Of a DNA stretch of 57,935 nt, positions 47,201 through 55,885 are shown piece after piece (the stretch's first letter is position 1; each line of letters opens with the position of its first letter). The translations under genes were made by a program, and so were the position numbers. Source of the stretch: a virus (taxonomy: Duplodnaviria; Caudoviricetes); the IMG/VR virus record IMGVR_UViG_3300025575_000016, positions 1-57,935 of that record. One strand, written 5' to 3'. The notes under the pieces were generated by a model. That model searched no databases. It saw only the letters and a program-made list of their open reading frames with translations, and was not told where the DNA came from.

Positions 47201-49709
47201 TGTCTAATGATTGTGTTAAATTACTTCCTGTAATTAATTTTAATGATCCTGAGAAAACTTTAGTCGCAATTGCAACTTCTGCTAATACTAATATTAATCC
47301 GGATACTTTTGAAGCGGCTCCCAACATTGCCGTTCCAAATTCTACTATACCTTTCAACTGCCCTAAGAGCCCGCTGGATCCAGCCCCTATATATAATTCT
47401 TTAACAGTTGCATTGAATTGTTGAATCTTTTTGTCTAAAGTTCCCATTTCTGCAGCTGATTTTTTGGCTGAGTATCCTACTGAATCTACTTTACTCATTT
47501 TTGCATAAGAATCGACCTGATCGTAATTATTTGCCAAAATATTGACAGTATTCTTCCTCATCGTGCCACCAAGAGCATCTAATATGTCATTGCTTTGTGT
47601 TGTATTATCTCCAAACTTATCTAAAACAGTACTTGTCTCTTTTATTATATCTCCGAAACTCTTAAATTTATTTCCGCTATCCATAACATCTATTCCATAT
47701 TCTTTTAATGTTTTCAAAGCATCTGGTCTTAATAATCTTGTTTCTACTGATTTTATTGCGTCACCTGCGGCCGTGCCTGTCATTCCGGTTGCATTGGAGA
47801 GCACACTTACTATACCATTTAACTCATTAATATCTACTCCTATAGCCTTTGAACTTGCTCCTGCTTTAGAAATTGCCTGTGCGTAATCAGAGGTTGTGGC
47901 TACACTTTTATCTGCTAAATAATTCCAACCATCTAATACAGATTCACTTTTACTCATTTCTATTCCTAGTTGCTTCATACTGGTAGTAAGCAAATCAGTC
48001 ATCTCGGCGCCAGAAGATATGTTTGAAGTATTTAATCCAAGTTCAACAGTATTAGCCATAGATTTCAGGTCACCCTTTTGAACTCCCGCTGCTGCAAGAG
48101 ATGTATAAGTATCTTGAATATCCTTGAGTGCTAATCCATATTTTTTTGCTTCTGCTATTTGCGTTTCACCAAAAGCCTTTAATTCAGCTTCACTTGTATC
48201 TCCTAATATACGACCTAAATCGACAAGAGATGACTCGTAATCCCTATTTGTTTGAATTAAGTCTACTAATCCTTGTCTTACCATATAAATCGAGGTAGCT
48301 GCGGCCGTGTAGACAGCTGACACCTTAAAACGATCCATAATACTCGCGCCTGAATTACTAGAACTCATGGCAAGACCAGCTTCTCCACTCGCAGCATTTA
48401 ACGTTCTGCTCATTTGATCATATTTAGTAAGGGCAGCAGTTTCTTCTGTATACATTGCAAGAGTGGATAAAGATTGTTTCTCATTTGATAATACTATTTT
48501 ATTGGCTGCTTCTGCTCTTTTAGTTACTTCAGAATCTATAGAAGCCTGTAATCTTAACGATTCTGTTGTATATTTATTAGATTGTGTTGTCGCTTGTATT
48601 AAAGCTTCTCCTTCTAGTTTTTCAGAAGCTGCTAATGCGTTAGTCTTATTTGCTAAATTATTTAAATCAGTTACTCTAGCACTCTCAACTGAGTTTAGAG
48701 ATAAATATTCCTGTTTAATTGAGCCTAATTTGCTTTTATAACTATCTAAATACTGATTTGTATTTGCCCCATTAGCTTTTTTCTTCTCTTCCTCTTCTTT
48801 TGCTTCAGCAATTGCTAAATTATTTAATTCAGTAGTATATTGCTTCTGTGTAGTTATCAAAGGCTTTAATTCAGTTTCTGTTAATTTATATTTACCTCTC
48901 AAAGTATCTAATTTTGAATTTAAATCTGTCAAAGTTGAAGCATCTAATTTATTAATAATTGCAAATTCATTATGTTGATTTTGAAGTTGTGCTAACTCTT
49001 GCTTGTACGCATTAATATTCCCTGTATCAGCAGTTGTCGTTTTAGGATTATTTATTGAAGCTATTTTGCTATTATAAGTAGCTTGCATACTATATAATTT
49101 TGCAGCTTCAGCGGCACTAAGTTGATAGGTAGTTGCTACTCCATTTAGTTCAGCTTTCAATTTTTCTAACCCTTCAACATTAAGAGTTTCATCTGCTCTC
49201 ATTTTTTGATATTGTTCATTCACTTTAGCTATTGCGTCAGAATAAGCTTTTATTCTATCTTTTGCTGTATTGTCTATTACTAATGATTCACTAATACTTT
49301 TAGAACCATCTTTTAATTGTTTCTCAACTGTCTCAATTGCATGACCAGTCTCAGTAATGGCGTTTGTTTTTTTCTTCCAAACTTCTAATTCACCAGTATC
49401 TTTATTTGTTTTACTATATTCAGTAACTTTCTGAATAACAGTTCCATATTCAACGCCTAAATCTCTTAATGCTTTCTCCATATTTTTAAAAATTGATGTA
49501 TCAAAAGAATTTCCTGAAGCAGTTTTTAATTTCTTAAATTCCTCTTCAAGTTGACGAAGTACAGTAATAGACTCTTTGCCAGTAGATACATCAATTTCTC
49601 CTACTTTAACTTTACTGAAATTTTTAAAGATAGCCTCAGCTTGACTAAAATCCTTTTTTAATTCACTTAAATTTACTCTAAGGGTTCCTATTAATTTTTC
49701 GTTATCCAT
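41220..49709 (-). CDS. Tape measure protein with SLT lytic transglycosylase domain
   Basis: 2829 aa, Ala/Thr-rich helical; TP901-type core; AAAKKYGV...TENSF...SPAGAQGIAQFIPSTA...YNG. Confidence 0.92.
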   Translation of the reverse strand: MDNEKLIGTLRVNLSELKKDFSQAEAIFKNFSKVKVGEIDVSTGKESITVLRQLEEEFKKLKTASGNSFDTSIFKNMEKALRDLGVEYGTVIQKVTEYSKTNKDTGELEVWKKKTNAITETGHAIETVEKQLKDGSKSISESLVIDNTAKDRIKAYSDAIAKVNEQYQKMRADETLNVEGLEKLKAELNGVATTYQLSAAEAAKLYSMQATYNSKIASINNPKTTTADTGNINAYKQELAQLQNQHNEFAIINKLDASTLTDLNSKLDTLRGKYKLTETELKPLITTQKQYTTELNNLAIAEAKEEEEKKKANGANTNQYLDSYKSKLGSIKQEYLSLNSVESARVTDLNNLANKTNALAASEKLEGEALIQATTQSNKYTTESLRLQASIDSEVTKRAEAANKIVLSNEKQSLSTLAMYTEETAALTKYDQMSRTLNAASGEAGLAMSSSNSGASIMDRFKVSAVYTAAATSIYMVRQGLVDLIQTNRDYESSLVDLGRILGDTSEAELKAFGETQIAEAKKYGLALKDIQDTYTSLAAAGVQKGDLKSMANTVELGLNTSNISSGAEMTDLLTTSMKQLGIEMSKSESVLDGWNYLADKSVATTSDYAQAISKAGASSKAIGVDINELNGIVSVLSNATGMTGTAAGDAIKSVETRLLRPDALKTLKEYGIDVMDSGNKFKSFGDIIKETSTVLDKFGDNTTQSNDILDALGGTMRKNTVNILANNYDQVDSYAKMSKVDSVGYSAKKSAAEMGTLDKKIQQFNATVKELYIGAGSSGLLGQLKGIVEFGTAMLGAASKVSGLILVLAEVAIATKVFSGSLKLITGSNLTQSLDRMNKSFSLFGKGFNIGGATMATKSYEAASKSLEAQILAGNITAKESGVILAGVGEKLGIAATSTNTMSAAQGVLDARLVAGKEVQRLLNIEVAAGTLSQQGYKAELLQQMFTQEELLAQKEAGLITEYEYNLAMTRRIALEESTAAAVLAGTTTQEEANVILNQKILTQEQYNIVLAQTTTEMNTAIVSDRGKAASDEALNMSQKSVAASALIMNLAIGGGVIAVTLIISAIMKHVQAQKDLAQNITSANDALKTESDGINTSLSDYAELANKTKLTSDEKDRLTKATQNLINTVPGSSKVINDETLSLKEQTAELTKLAAAKEMVAINKDIKDNVQDNYDNKQKDASYYQNMVTKTESIASGRGATYETAVADYKTAPINRGETLTDDQAGVGVLKDANTQLVSYKSKLNEAQGALLGMNAALTSYTTKNAQQNGVNQNSITLLNKQIDAMEKKGASFNDITQYSNSSIVNLQKLADIDPYKAFTASMDKYNSKSTHTDAEIKAQAKSMDVYQEAAKKLHLPADEIALFTTLLTGEKNALNGTITSTKAAEVTFKDYATSMTNMTGAVSTAKTALADINTTISQVNKGHVFSADEITDLTTKYPELTSAVKTTTGGYTIEASALETLRTASIKTATDSMQVEITSAQQVVDSTLTRLKSYGVEIKGIKDLADAKAAANNITVDSTLTTFQKSSTSSGDDIHDTKGAAIATASKLKVAQQAANKAAIDKDVKAYGVAIANVDKLKASLATLTSTLNDNTLGVTSNTTSTEANTAAKEADTKATEALTAAQVALSKETANATATNKTYDDSMQTLSDTMKKQDNQLNTLNKDGADYRKGLLAKAKLIQNEIDLTNKNIKVNEANAKSLAASGVAVDKANSAKAIADANSTNASNAAAATTTSSDASGFSSVVPTKYRGVINAAAKKYGVSANVIAGMLLTENSFKASGTSPAGAQGIAQFIPSTARAYGVDVNDTTSSINGMAHYMADLIKQKGNVNDAIRGYNGSGPTTYTYLNTVKANMAKTGGNSTASSGTSSTGSYDTVSPAYTAPTDSGADSLLSKVASEKSSLIDLQQQLSEINYEIFQSSSAEFDDKISLITTKLTTLKSTLEDTNNTDAQKVKINSDIEAQMRAELKLENSKSTYIATELKSNKYNQAQKTAMNVTLQETLATQKDITNQIQTQMYVKVTDKVATFDQKISTASDRSSQYQKEIDMIGGKTTPELSVKDKNYQAQAESDKIVIKQKLAISDQQYAQTLLDKKSIADRVAYLKQEISSGKYTAGQVKEMNAEVHKTLTQIIDNGKELQDEENAKEALIQLEKDKKLAVLQNTPALDDLEIKSKDITTKGSNLLESDYTGKVLNQTDVVQNLTDKLGVLTKSYADLNTEINADGKITKDEQTILDDVVSKVKDTTQAKIDAIAQLETIKVTGNIKVMTDSVKSLTDAYTELQNKESLLQKWKPEDYTNIGSLQTSMLANTQAQYDLSLSQSASLLKLRDSVDVGTVSWTSYNDQLNTVNATTESSISSMADEAKALLTTSLNAADSAAQTTIFGSSTGSADAQNAIDAQKTYNSTYISGQQEALEISERRTKVEADIRNATTDANKSSLQSELNKLDVLGQQSVLKQTDLDKYDKELAVTEAQIALQNAQNNKSEKLDVKNADGTWGTQYVADQTTIDTATTALQQAQVDLITWQQTTDLDAQQTDLDNKNKYYAALQQITTNAENGVYKTQEELQTALDKLNAQYSASGITLATNFSDITNAYSTYTNSMIELTNEMASAVENTTNTLANAVELLATAMGKLATATTGSTTGTNKGTTTTSSGDTVTKNSNGTVTVTNASGNSSYTVVTGSIYDPTSTNYRGYANGTISAEAGLAKVNELGTEMRVLDNGDGITTASITSNINTLGSLAPSLISSIELMTSTQSQDYGELVTYLPNALTSIASIMDKINLTNINNSETPIIHNTYTYGDLSFPDVTSSDEILNAIKSLRSSVVQKSL

Positions 49710-49897
49710 ATAATTCCACTCCTTTTAATTTAAAATAAAAAAGAGCAGAATTCATCTACTCTTAACTTGTAACATTATTGTTTAATTGTGAAGTATTATT
49801 TAATTATTGAGTATTATTATTTAATTGTAAATACTTAAATAATAGTTTACAATTTGGTTGCATATTATTATTAATTTACATATAATAAGTTAAGGGG

Positions 49898-50137
49898 ATG
49901 ATTATAATGATTATTATATGGTTGATATTAATATGTTTAGCATTAATATTTTTTGGTGGAAATATATTTTCACTAGTAATAGTGATTATACCGGTTGCTT
50001 TCGCATATTATATACTTGATAAATTGGGAACATCTGAGGATGTAAAAAATATAATTTTAATTATTATAAGCATACTCGATTTGATATTTATACTTTTTAA
50101 AGGTGGTTTAATAAAAATGACGGATGTAAAGAAATAA
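49898..50137 (+). CDS. Small 3-TM membrane protein, antisense to the morphogenesis genes (moron)
   Basis: Hydrophobic ORF; TTGCAT...TATAAT upstream. Confidence 0.55.
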   Translation: MIIMIIIWLILICLALIFFGGNIFSLVIVIIPVAFAYYILDKLGTSEDVKNIILIIISILDLIFILFKGGLIKMTDVKK

Positions 50138-50193
50138 TCATTATATATGTTAGCATAAAAATAGAACAGATAATTAAATCTGCTCTTAATTTC

Positions 50194-50595
50194 TTATTTA
50201 TAATAATCCAAAACTGATTGAACATCTTCTTTTAACTTCGCCTTTGTATCTTTCTTGTCAACGTAATTAGATAACAAATCTGAATAAATATTATCTTGCT
50301 TTTTTAATAACATTGATTCAGTATCAGTCCTACTTTCACCTTCTTCTAATTTTCTAACACTATCTGATAACCCTACATATTCATCTAGATTTCCATTTTT
50401 TATTTTATCGTAATTTTCACTTAATTTAACAGAACATAAAGTAAGTTTATTATAATTTTCAGCAAAAGTGGTACTTACATCTTTTTTATATTGATCTTTT
50501 AATTGTGAATCAGTAGATAGTCCTTTGCTAGAACATCCAAACATAAGAATTGATATCAACATAAGTCCTATTCCAATTATTATTTTCTTTCTCAT
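50194..50595 (-). CDS. Lipoprotein (moron, possible superinfection exclusion)
   Basis: GGAGG RBS before ATG 50595; MRKK + hydrophobic stretch + LMFGC lipobox. Confidence 0.7.
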   Translation of the reverse strand: MRKKIIIGIGLMLISILMFGCSSKGLSTDSQLKDQYKKDVSTTFAENYNKLTLCSVKLSENYDKIKNGNLDEYVGLSDSVRKLEEGESRTDTESMLLKKQDNIYSDLLSNYVDKKDTKAKLKEDVQSVLDYYK

Positions 50596-50729
50596 ATTTT
50601 GTAACCTCCATTTTATTATATCTTTATTATACAATATATAAGAAAAATAACAATATTTTAAAATAACTCTTTTATATGACAAACTTAAAAAAATAGAGGA
50701 CAAACATTTTATTATTATGTCATCCTCTC

Positions 50730-50990
50730 TTATTTAGCGTTGCTTATTCCCATAAAGGCCATTGCCATATCCTTAGTCATCCTTTGTGGCTTCTTCTGTC
50801 CTTCCTCTGCATAGTTTAGAGGATTAGCTGCATTTACACTATCCATAGCATTAGCGTAACTATTTCCTAATATATTAGATAAACTCTCAAAATTAAATTT
50901 AAGACCTAATTCTAAAATACAGTTTTTATAAAACTTATAACTAAATTCATCTATTTGGTCTTCGGTAAATCCTGAATGTACTCCAAGCAA
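50730..50990 (-). CDS. Tail assembly chaperone, downstream (gpT-like) part
   Basis: Position upstream of the tape measure gene; lies in the -1 frame relative to 51011..51343. Confidence 0.6.
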   Translation of the reverse strand: MLGVHSGFTEDQIDEFSYKFYKNCILELGLKFNFESLSNILGNSYANAMDSVNAANPLNYAEEGQKKPQRMTKDMAMAFMGISNAK

Positions 50991-51010
50991 AGAATAACCC
51001 CTATCTAAAG

Positions 51011-51343
51011 TTATTCCTGGCTTGGAGTTATCTCGGGGGCCGGTTCATCTTCAATTCCATTCAGTTCTTTAGTTTTTTTTATAATTTCTGACATCATGTT
51101 AGCATCTAAATCGTCACCCTCAATTAATTCTTTGGCAATTTCTTCAGAATTGAAAACGGCTGTTAAAATATTATTTACAATATCTGCTCCATCTTTAAAT
51201 GTACATAATTTCATAAGTCCATGTTCTTTTAAAAACATATAATTTCCGTAAAAGTTATTTTTTAGATGCTTCATTTTTACACTGACAACTTCGTAAACTT
51301 TATCGGATGTTCCACCCATTACTTCATTTTCTTTAATACTCAT
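51011..51343 (-). CDS. Tail assembly chaperone (gpG-like)
   Basis: Position between the major tail and tape measure genes. Confidence 0.65.
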   Translation of the reverse strand: MSIKENEVMGGTSDKVYEVVSVKMKHLKNNFYGNYMFLKEHGLMKLCTFKDGADIVNNILTAVFNSEEIAKELIEGDDLDANMMSEIIKKTKELNGIEDEPAPEITPSQE

Positions 51344-51393
51344 ATCCTCTTCTCCTTTTATATTGTATTTTGTGTAAAATAAAAGAAGCTAAA

Positions 51394-52914
51394 TTAAATA
51401 GCCTCTTGAATATTATTCTTTGATTGTTGTTCTAAGTAATCTTCATAATACATCCATACTAACTTTGTACCATCTTCAAGCTTTCCAGCAGAATGAGCCT
51501 TGCCTTTACAACATTTAATTATTTGTGAATCTGTACACTTATATATTCGATATTCCTTTACACCTTCAACTATATTATCAAACTTCTTACCTGTAGTTAT
51601 ACATATCACTTTTCTTGTACCTTGTTCAGTAACATCATATTGGCACCAACCAAGTTTGTTCCCTTGTTTTAAATATGTTCTTGTAGTTGTTTCGGCTAAT
51701 TTTAACAACCTTCCTAATTCTACTGGATTTTTAATACCATCACACCATAAATTGCACACTATTTTGACTAAGCTTTTACATGCAAATTCATGACACTTCA
51801 ACCAATTTACATTAGATAAATCAAATAAACTATTTAAAGAGCTATTCAATATATTATCTTTAATAAATTCTAATTGTGACTTTCTACAATTAATTTTTAT
51901 ATAGTTCTCAATGTTATTTTCTTCTGCTAATCTATGTTTACTTTGATCATTTTCTTGCGTTTCTTTCAAAGATATCTTCCAGTTTTTATTTTCTTCATAA
52001 TGCTGTATTCCATTTGCCTCCAAAATTCCATTAATTGAAGGAATATAAAAATCATATCTATAATCTTTACACCAATCAAATGTTATTTTAGATAATTGTA
52101 CAATAAAGGCTAAGTTCATTTGCTCCAACATACTGAACATAAATTTTTCAGGATAACTCACGCCGTCTGAACATCTTGGGCATCCAAAACCTTGATTTAG
52201 AATCCTATAAGGTTCAATAGTCTTTATATGTCCACAGTTTGGACATTTCATTTTTATCTTCCTGCTCAAAGCATATATATACGTGTCAGCATCTTCTTTA
52301 TTTATAAAATATTTAATTAGTTCTGGATGTGTTAATGATACTGTCTTGCATTTAGTACAAGAAATAGTCTTTTGCTTTCCGCCTACTAAACTGCTTATAT
52401 TTTTTAGTTCACTACCATGCTCTGGATGGTCTAGGCATTTAAACCAATATCCTTTACCTTCAATGCCTTTAGAAGTATAATTAATCTCAGACATAGAACA
52501 ATCATTAAGTTTATCATCCCAACGATTTATTATATCTTGCCTATCATTTTTTAAACACCATTCATTGAGAGACATACCCTTTTGACGTATTGACTTTCGA
52601 GAACTTTCCGCAGCAAATAATTTAATGGCACAAGCCTTACAATAGGATTTTCCATCTCTTAGATATTCTAAATAATCTTGCCATTTCATAGGTTTTAAAT
52701 ATGGATTTTTGCAATCTTTGCAATCACATTTTACATTCACCATTACATGACTACCTCTACTTAAATCTTTAACTTTTACTATTATCTTTGTGCCCTGTGG
52801 TACAGTAAATTTTCTATATTTATTTTTAGTTCGTGGTATTATATATCCTAAGTCCTCATAATATTTTATAGTATAACTATTTAAAGTCACTTCAACTTTT
52901 TCTGTAATCAACAT
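51394..52914 (-). CDS. Free-standing homing-endonuclease-like protein (Zn ribbons, PD-(D/E)XK/Vsr-like nuclease, NUMOD1-like C-terminus)
   Basis: Multiple CxxC; SYPEK, RYDFYIP...LEANGIQHY; KVICITTGKKF...I.KCCKGK..SAG. Confidence 0.75.
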   Translation of the reverse strand: MLITEKVEVTLNSYTIKYYEDLGYIIPRTKNKYRKFTVPQGTKIIVKVKDLSRGSHVMVNVKCDCKDCKNPYLKPMKWQDYLEYLRDGKSYCKACAIKLFAAESSRKSIRQKGMSLNEWCLKNDRQDIINRWDDKLNDCSMSEINYTSKGIEGKGYWFKCLDHPEHGSELKNISSLVGGKQKTISCTKCKTVSLTHPELIKYFINKEDADTYIYALSRKIKMKCPNCGHIKTIEPYRILNQGFGCPRCSDGVSYPEKFMFSMLEQMNLAFIVQLSKITFDWCKDYRYDFYIPSINGILEANGIQHYEENKNWKISLKETQENDQSKHRLAEENNIENYIKINCRKSQLEFIKDNILNSSLNSLFDLSNVNWLKCHEFACKSLVKIVCNLWCDGIKNPVELGRLLKLAETTTRTYLKQGNKLGWCQYDVTEQGTRKVICITTGKKFDNIVEGVKEYRIYKCTDSQIIKCCKGKAHSAGKLEDGTKLVWMYYEDYLEQQSKNNIQEAI

Positions 52915-53084
52915 TTTATAATTCCTCCGTAGAATTTATTTTCCGATTTAATAAAACAGAGGAAAGTAGAAATCGGAAATTTCTACTTATCAACAAAGGT
53001 AATTAATCTTTATTTATTCCTCTATACTTATATTACAATATTATTATTGAATTGTCAACAACTTATTGTATTGTTACTTAATTA

Positions 53085-53855
53085 TTAAACTACTGTTCTT
53101 GGTACAATGTTGAAGTCCCATGCAGTTTTATCTGGACGTCTAGGATCTAAAGTTGAAAAACTCAAATCAAAAGTCGATGCAGTTTTATAAGCCCCGCCAA
53201 TCTTAGAACTTTGATTAATTTTTGCCTTATATAGAATCAATTGACCATCTGCCCAAATTGAAGACTCAACTTCTTCACTTTCATATATAGGCCAAGTGAG
53301 TACTACTTCTCCGCTACCTGGTACATCTGTAGTTTTAACTGTCAATCCAACTACTGTAGCTGCTGTTAATATTTTATATGAAGGTTTAATTTCTGTCGCA
53401 GCAGGAACATCCGTAAAGAATTGTACTGTAGTTGAACTTGCTGCTATAGTTACTTTAAATTGTTTTGTAGCCACAACGCTTGTTACCTCATTGAATCCAT
53501 TGATACGAAGACTGCCTACAACAACTATCTCTGGTATTGTTATTGAATTTGTAGCGTCTACAACAAATATATCACCATATTTATTATATTCTTTAGCTCC
53601 TACAGTAATATTTCCTCCACTAGTCATTTGTAATTGATTTAATGAGAATTCCGCATTAGTTATTTTGACTTCAATTTTGGTTGATTTTGGGATTGATGCT
53701 AAAGCAAGAAATCCGAGTCCCGCATTTATATCTAAATTGTCTCCACTGAATGAAATTTCTCCAGATGTTGATTTATCAACGATTAAATCACCTTTACTAG
53801 ATTTTATAAGTGCGGAAGGGGTGTCAATTATGAAACCCAATTGATCATTTGCCAT
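53085..53855 (-). CDS. Major tail tube protein
   Basis: Position, size and beta-rich composition. Confidence 0.7.
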   Translation of the reverse strand: MANDQLGFIIDTPSALIKSSKGDLIVDKSTSGEISFSGDNLDINAGLGFLALASIPKSTKIEVKITNAEFSLNQLQMTSGGNITVGAKEYNKYGDIFVVDATNSITIPEIVVVGSLRINGFNEVTSVVATKQFKVTIAASSTTVQFFTDVPAATEIKPSYKILTAATVVGLTVKTTDVPGSGEVVLTWPIYESEEVESSIWADGQLILYKAKINQSSKIGGAYKTASTFDLSFSTLDPRRPDKTAWDFNIVPRTVV

Positions 53856-53926
53856 TTTATATTCCTTCTTTCATTTTTTGTACAAAGTATAAAGCCCTTT
53901 GTCATGGCAATATTATTATTTAATTG

Positions 53927-54397
53927 TCAACTATAAACTCGCTTATAAGAAAATTGTATAAACATTCTACAAAATCCGACAGTCCCTGAAACTAATTCAT
54001 GTCTTGCTTCTAATCTCATTTTTCTGTCATTGATAATATTATTATTGAATAATTGAATAATTCTATCTACAATCTGATTACTACGTCTTTCAAATCCTGA
54101 TATATTCTTCCTATCTAAATTATTTGTTCCAGGTGCATTAGGTACAAAAACTTCAATAGCTAACATGTCTTCTTTCACATACATATTATTAGTAGGTGAT
54201 TGTGGATTTGAATTAATAATTACCCTACATATTGCAGTAGTTGTAATTATCCCATTACTTACTCCTTCACAAAAATATTTATCTATCATCTGAGTGTTTG
54301 TTTGTTCTGCAACTGGTATTAACAGTAATGTCCTTAATGTACTATCTGACATTAATTTCTTCATAAAATTCCCATAATCGGTTGCAACTCCACCCAT
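53927..54397 (-). CDS. Tail terminator / completion-like protein
   Basis: Position upstream of the major tail gene. Confidence 0.55.
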   Translation of the reverse strand: MGGVATDYGNFMKKLMSDSTLRTLLLIPVAEQTNTQMIDKYFCEGVSNGIITTTAICRVIINSNPQSPTNNMYVKEDMLAIEVFVPNAPGTNNLDRKNISGFERRSNQIVDRIIQLFNNNIINDRKMRLEARHELVSGTVGFCRMFIQFSYKRVYS

Positions 54398-54406
54398 TTA
54401 TATCAC

Positions 54407-55006
54407 CTACTTCATTATTAAATAATTACTAAAATCTATCTTAGCAATTGCTCTATCAATTCCTTTGTTAAAATATGTCTCTGCCATAATCGCACTATTA
54501 CCAAATATGTTTGTCCAATATAAGGAACCTTCTTGAGCCATAAAATCCATAGTGGTTCTAGCCGATGCTTCGGATTGCTTCCAACTGTTCGATTCCGGAT
54601 CAAAAACGTCTTCTCCTGGGAGCGTCCACATTTCATTTCCGCCTCTGGAGGCATGATAATATTCAGATGATACAAACTCGCCATACCAAGGATTAGCAGA
54701 ACTATTAATTTTCGATCCTGTACCGAACTCAAGAGACAAAGCTTCATCCATTAATCCAGCATTACTCTGATCTAATATACCAATTTCTTTTACTAGTTGT
54801 CCCGCAACAGCTACAGTCCTAAACTTTAAAGCATCTATAACGTCAGCCTTCCACGATTCCATCCCTGAATTATTCTTGTTGATGGTTAATCCCGCAAGCT
54901 CTCCTATCATAAATTCAATCAATACTTTTGCAACTAAATCCATTGAAATATTAAGCTCTTTTATTATGTCGTTAATCAATCTTTGCTCCTCAAATTGTAA
55001 AATCAT
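54407..55006 (-). CDS. Neck / tail completion protein
   Basis: Position; LEFGTG motif. Confidence 0.55.
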   Translation of the reverse strand: MILQFEEQRLINDIIKELNISMDLVAKVLIEFMIGELAGLTINKNNSGMESWKADVIDALKFRTVAVAGQLVKEIGILDQSNAGLMDEALSLEFGTGSKINSSANPWYGEFVSSEYYHASRGGNEMWTLPGEDVFDPESNSWKQSEASARTTMDFMAQEGSLYWTNIFGNSAIMAETYFNKGIDRAIAKIDFSNYLIMK

Positions 55007-55638
55007 GATACAACCTTCTTTCCATGAAAAGTTAATACTCCATAATCAAATTCGATATCTCTCTGACTCCAATCTAAACTTACAACTTCATAACTACTTT
55101 CAAATACTATAAAAGTATCACCTATTTTAATATTTTTTGTAGTAGCATTAAATTGTAAAGTTACGCTAATATCGTCAGTAGGTACAATTCCCACGCTTCC
55201 TGAACCTGCGTTAAATTGAAAACTACCAATTATAGTAAGACAATATAAATCTTCCGCAACAGGATTATCTCCAGCTTCAATAAGTATATTTCCATCATCA
55301 TCTTGAACCATAGTTTGATATCTACTTACAGTTAATTTAGTATTACAAGTTCCTGTTGTAATTTCATAACATAAAGGAAATTCATTAGAAACTAATTTAT
55401 TAATTAATAACGTTTCTCCTTTATATTGTAGATAATCTCCCATTCTTAAATTAGAAGATATTTCAGCAAAGGCAACTTCATCACTTGTAACCGTACCATT
55501 GATTGTCTTGTAATTAACTTTATCTAATCTAACTTTAATTACATTTAATGGATCAAAATTAACAATTGCATCTGTACCTAAAGCGTTCAATGAATCTGTA
55601 AAATCTCTTTGTAAATTAGGTGGAATATAAAATCTCAC
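55003..55638 (-). CDS. Head closure-like protein
   Basis: Position in the head-tail module. Confidence 0.55.
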   Translation of the reverse strand: MRFYIPPNLQRDFTDSLNALGTDAIVNFDPLNVIKVRLDKVNYKTINGTVTSDEVAFAEISSNLRMGDYLQYKGETLLINKLVSNEFPLCYEITTGTCNTKLTVSRYQTMVQDDDGNILIEAGDNPVAEDLYCLTIIGSFQFNAGSGSVGIVPTDDISVTLQFNATTKNIKIGDTFIVFESSYEVVSLDWSQRDIEFDYGVLTFHGKKVVS

Positions 55639-55640
55639 TT

Positions 55641-55883
55641 TTATATCACATCCTTTGGGAATTCAATTGTAATTGGTAATCTACGAATATCTCCTGCAAC
55701 ATCTAAAATATTATTTCTAATATCCTTGAATTCAACAGGGGATTCAGTATCTAAACAATCTTCAATTAAATACAAACAACTTGTAACTCTACGAGATAAT
55801 AAATCACAATAATCTCTGAAATCATATTCCTTTACATCAACTAATTCTAAATCCTTATCCCGTATACTAATATTAACTTTCAT
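55641..55883 (-). CDS. Hypothetical protein
   Basis: Packed ORF. Confidence 0.55.
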   Translation of the reverse strand: MKVNISIRDKDLELVDVKEYDFRDYCDLLSRRVTSCLYLIEDCLDTESPVEFKDIRNNILDVAGDIRRLPITIEFPKDVI

Positions 55884-55885
55884 AA

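Noticed and set aside
44287-48741. + strand ORFs inside the tape measure gene, and other antisense ORFs in the track (e.g. 715..921, 8518..8796, 13653..13913, 32292..32591)
   Set aside because: Shadow ORFs opposite well-supported genes, with no RBS or recognisable motifs.
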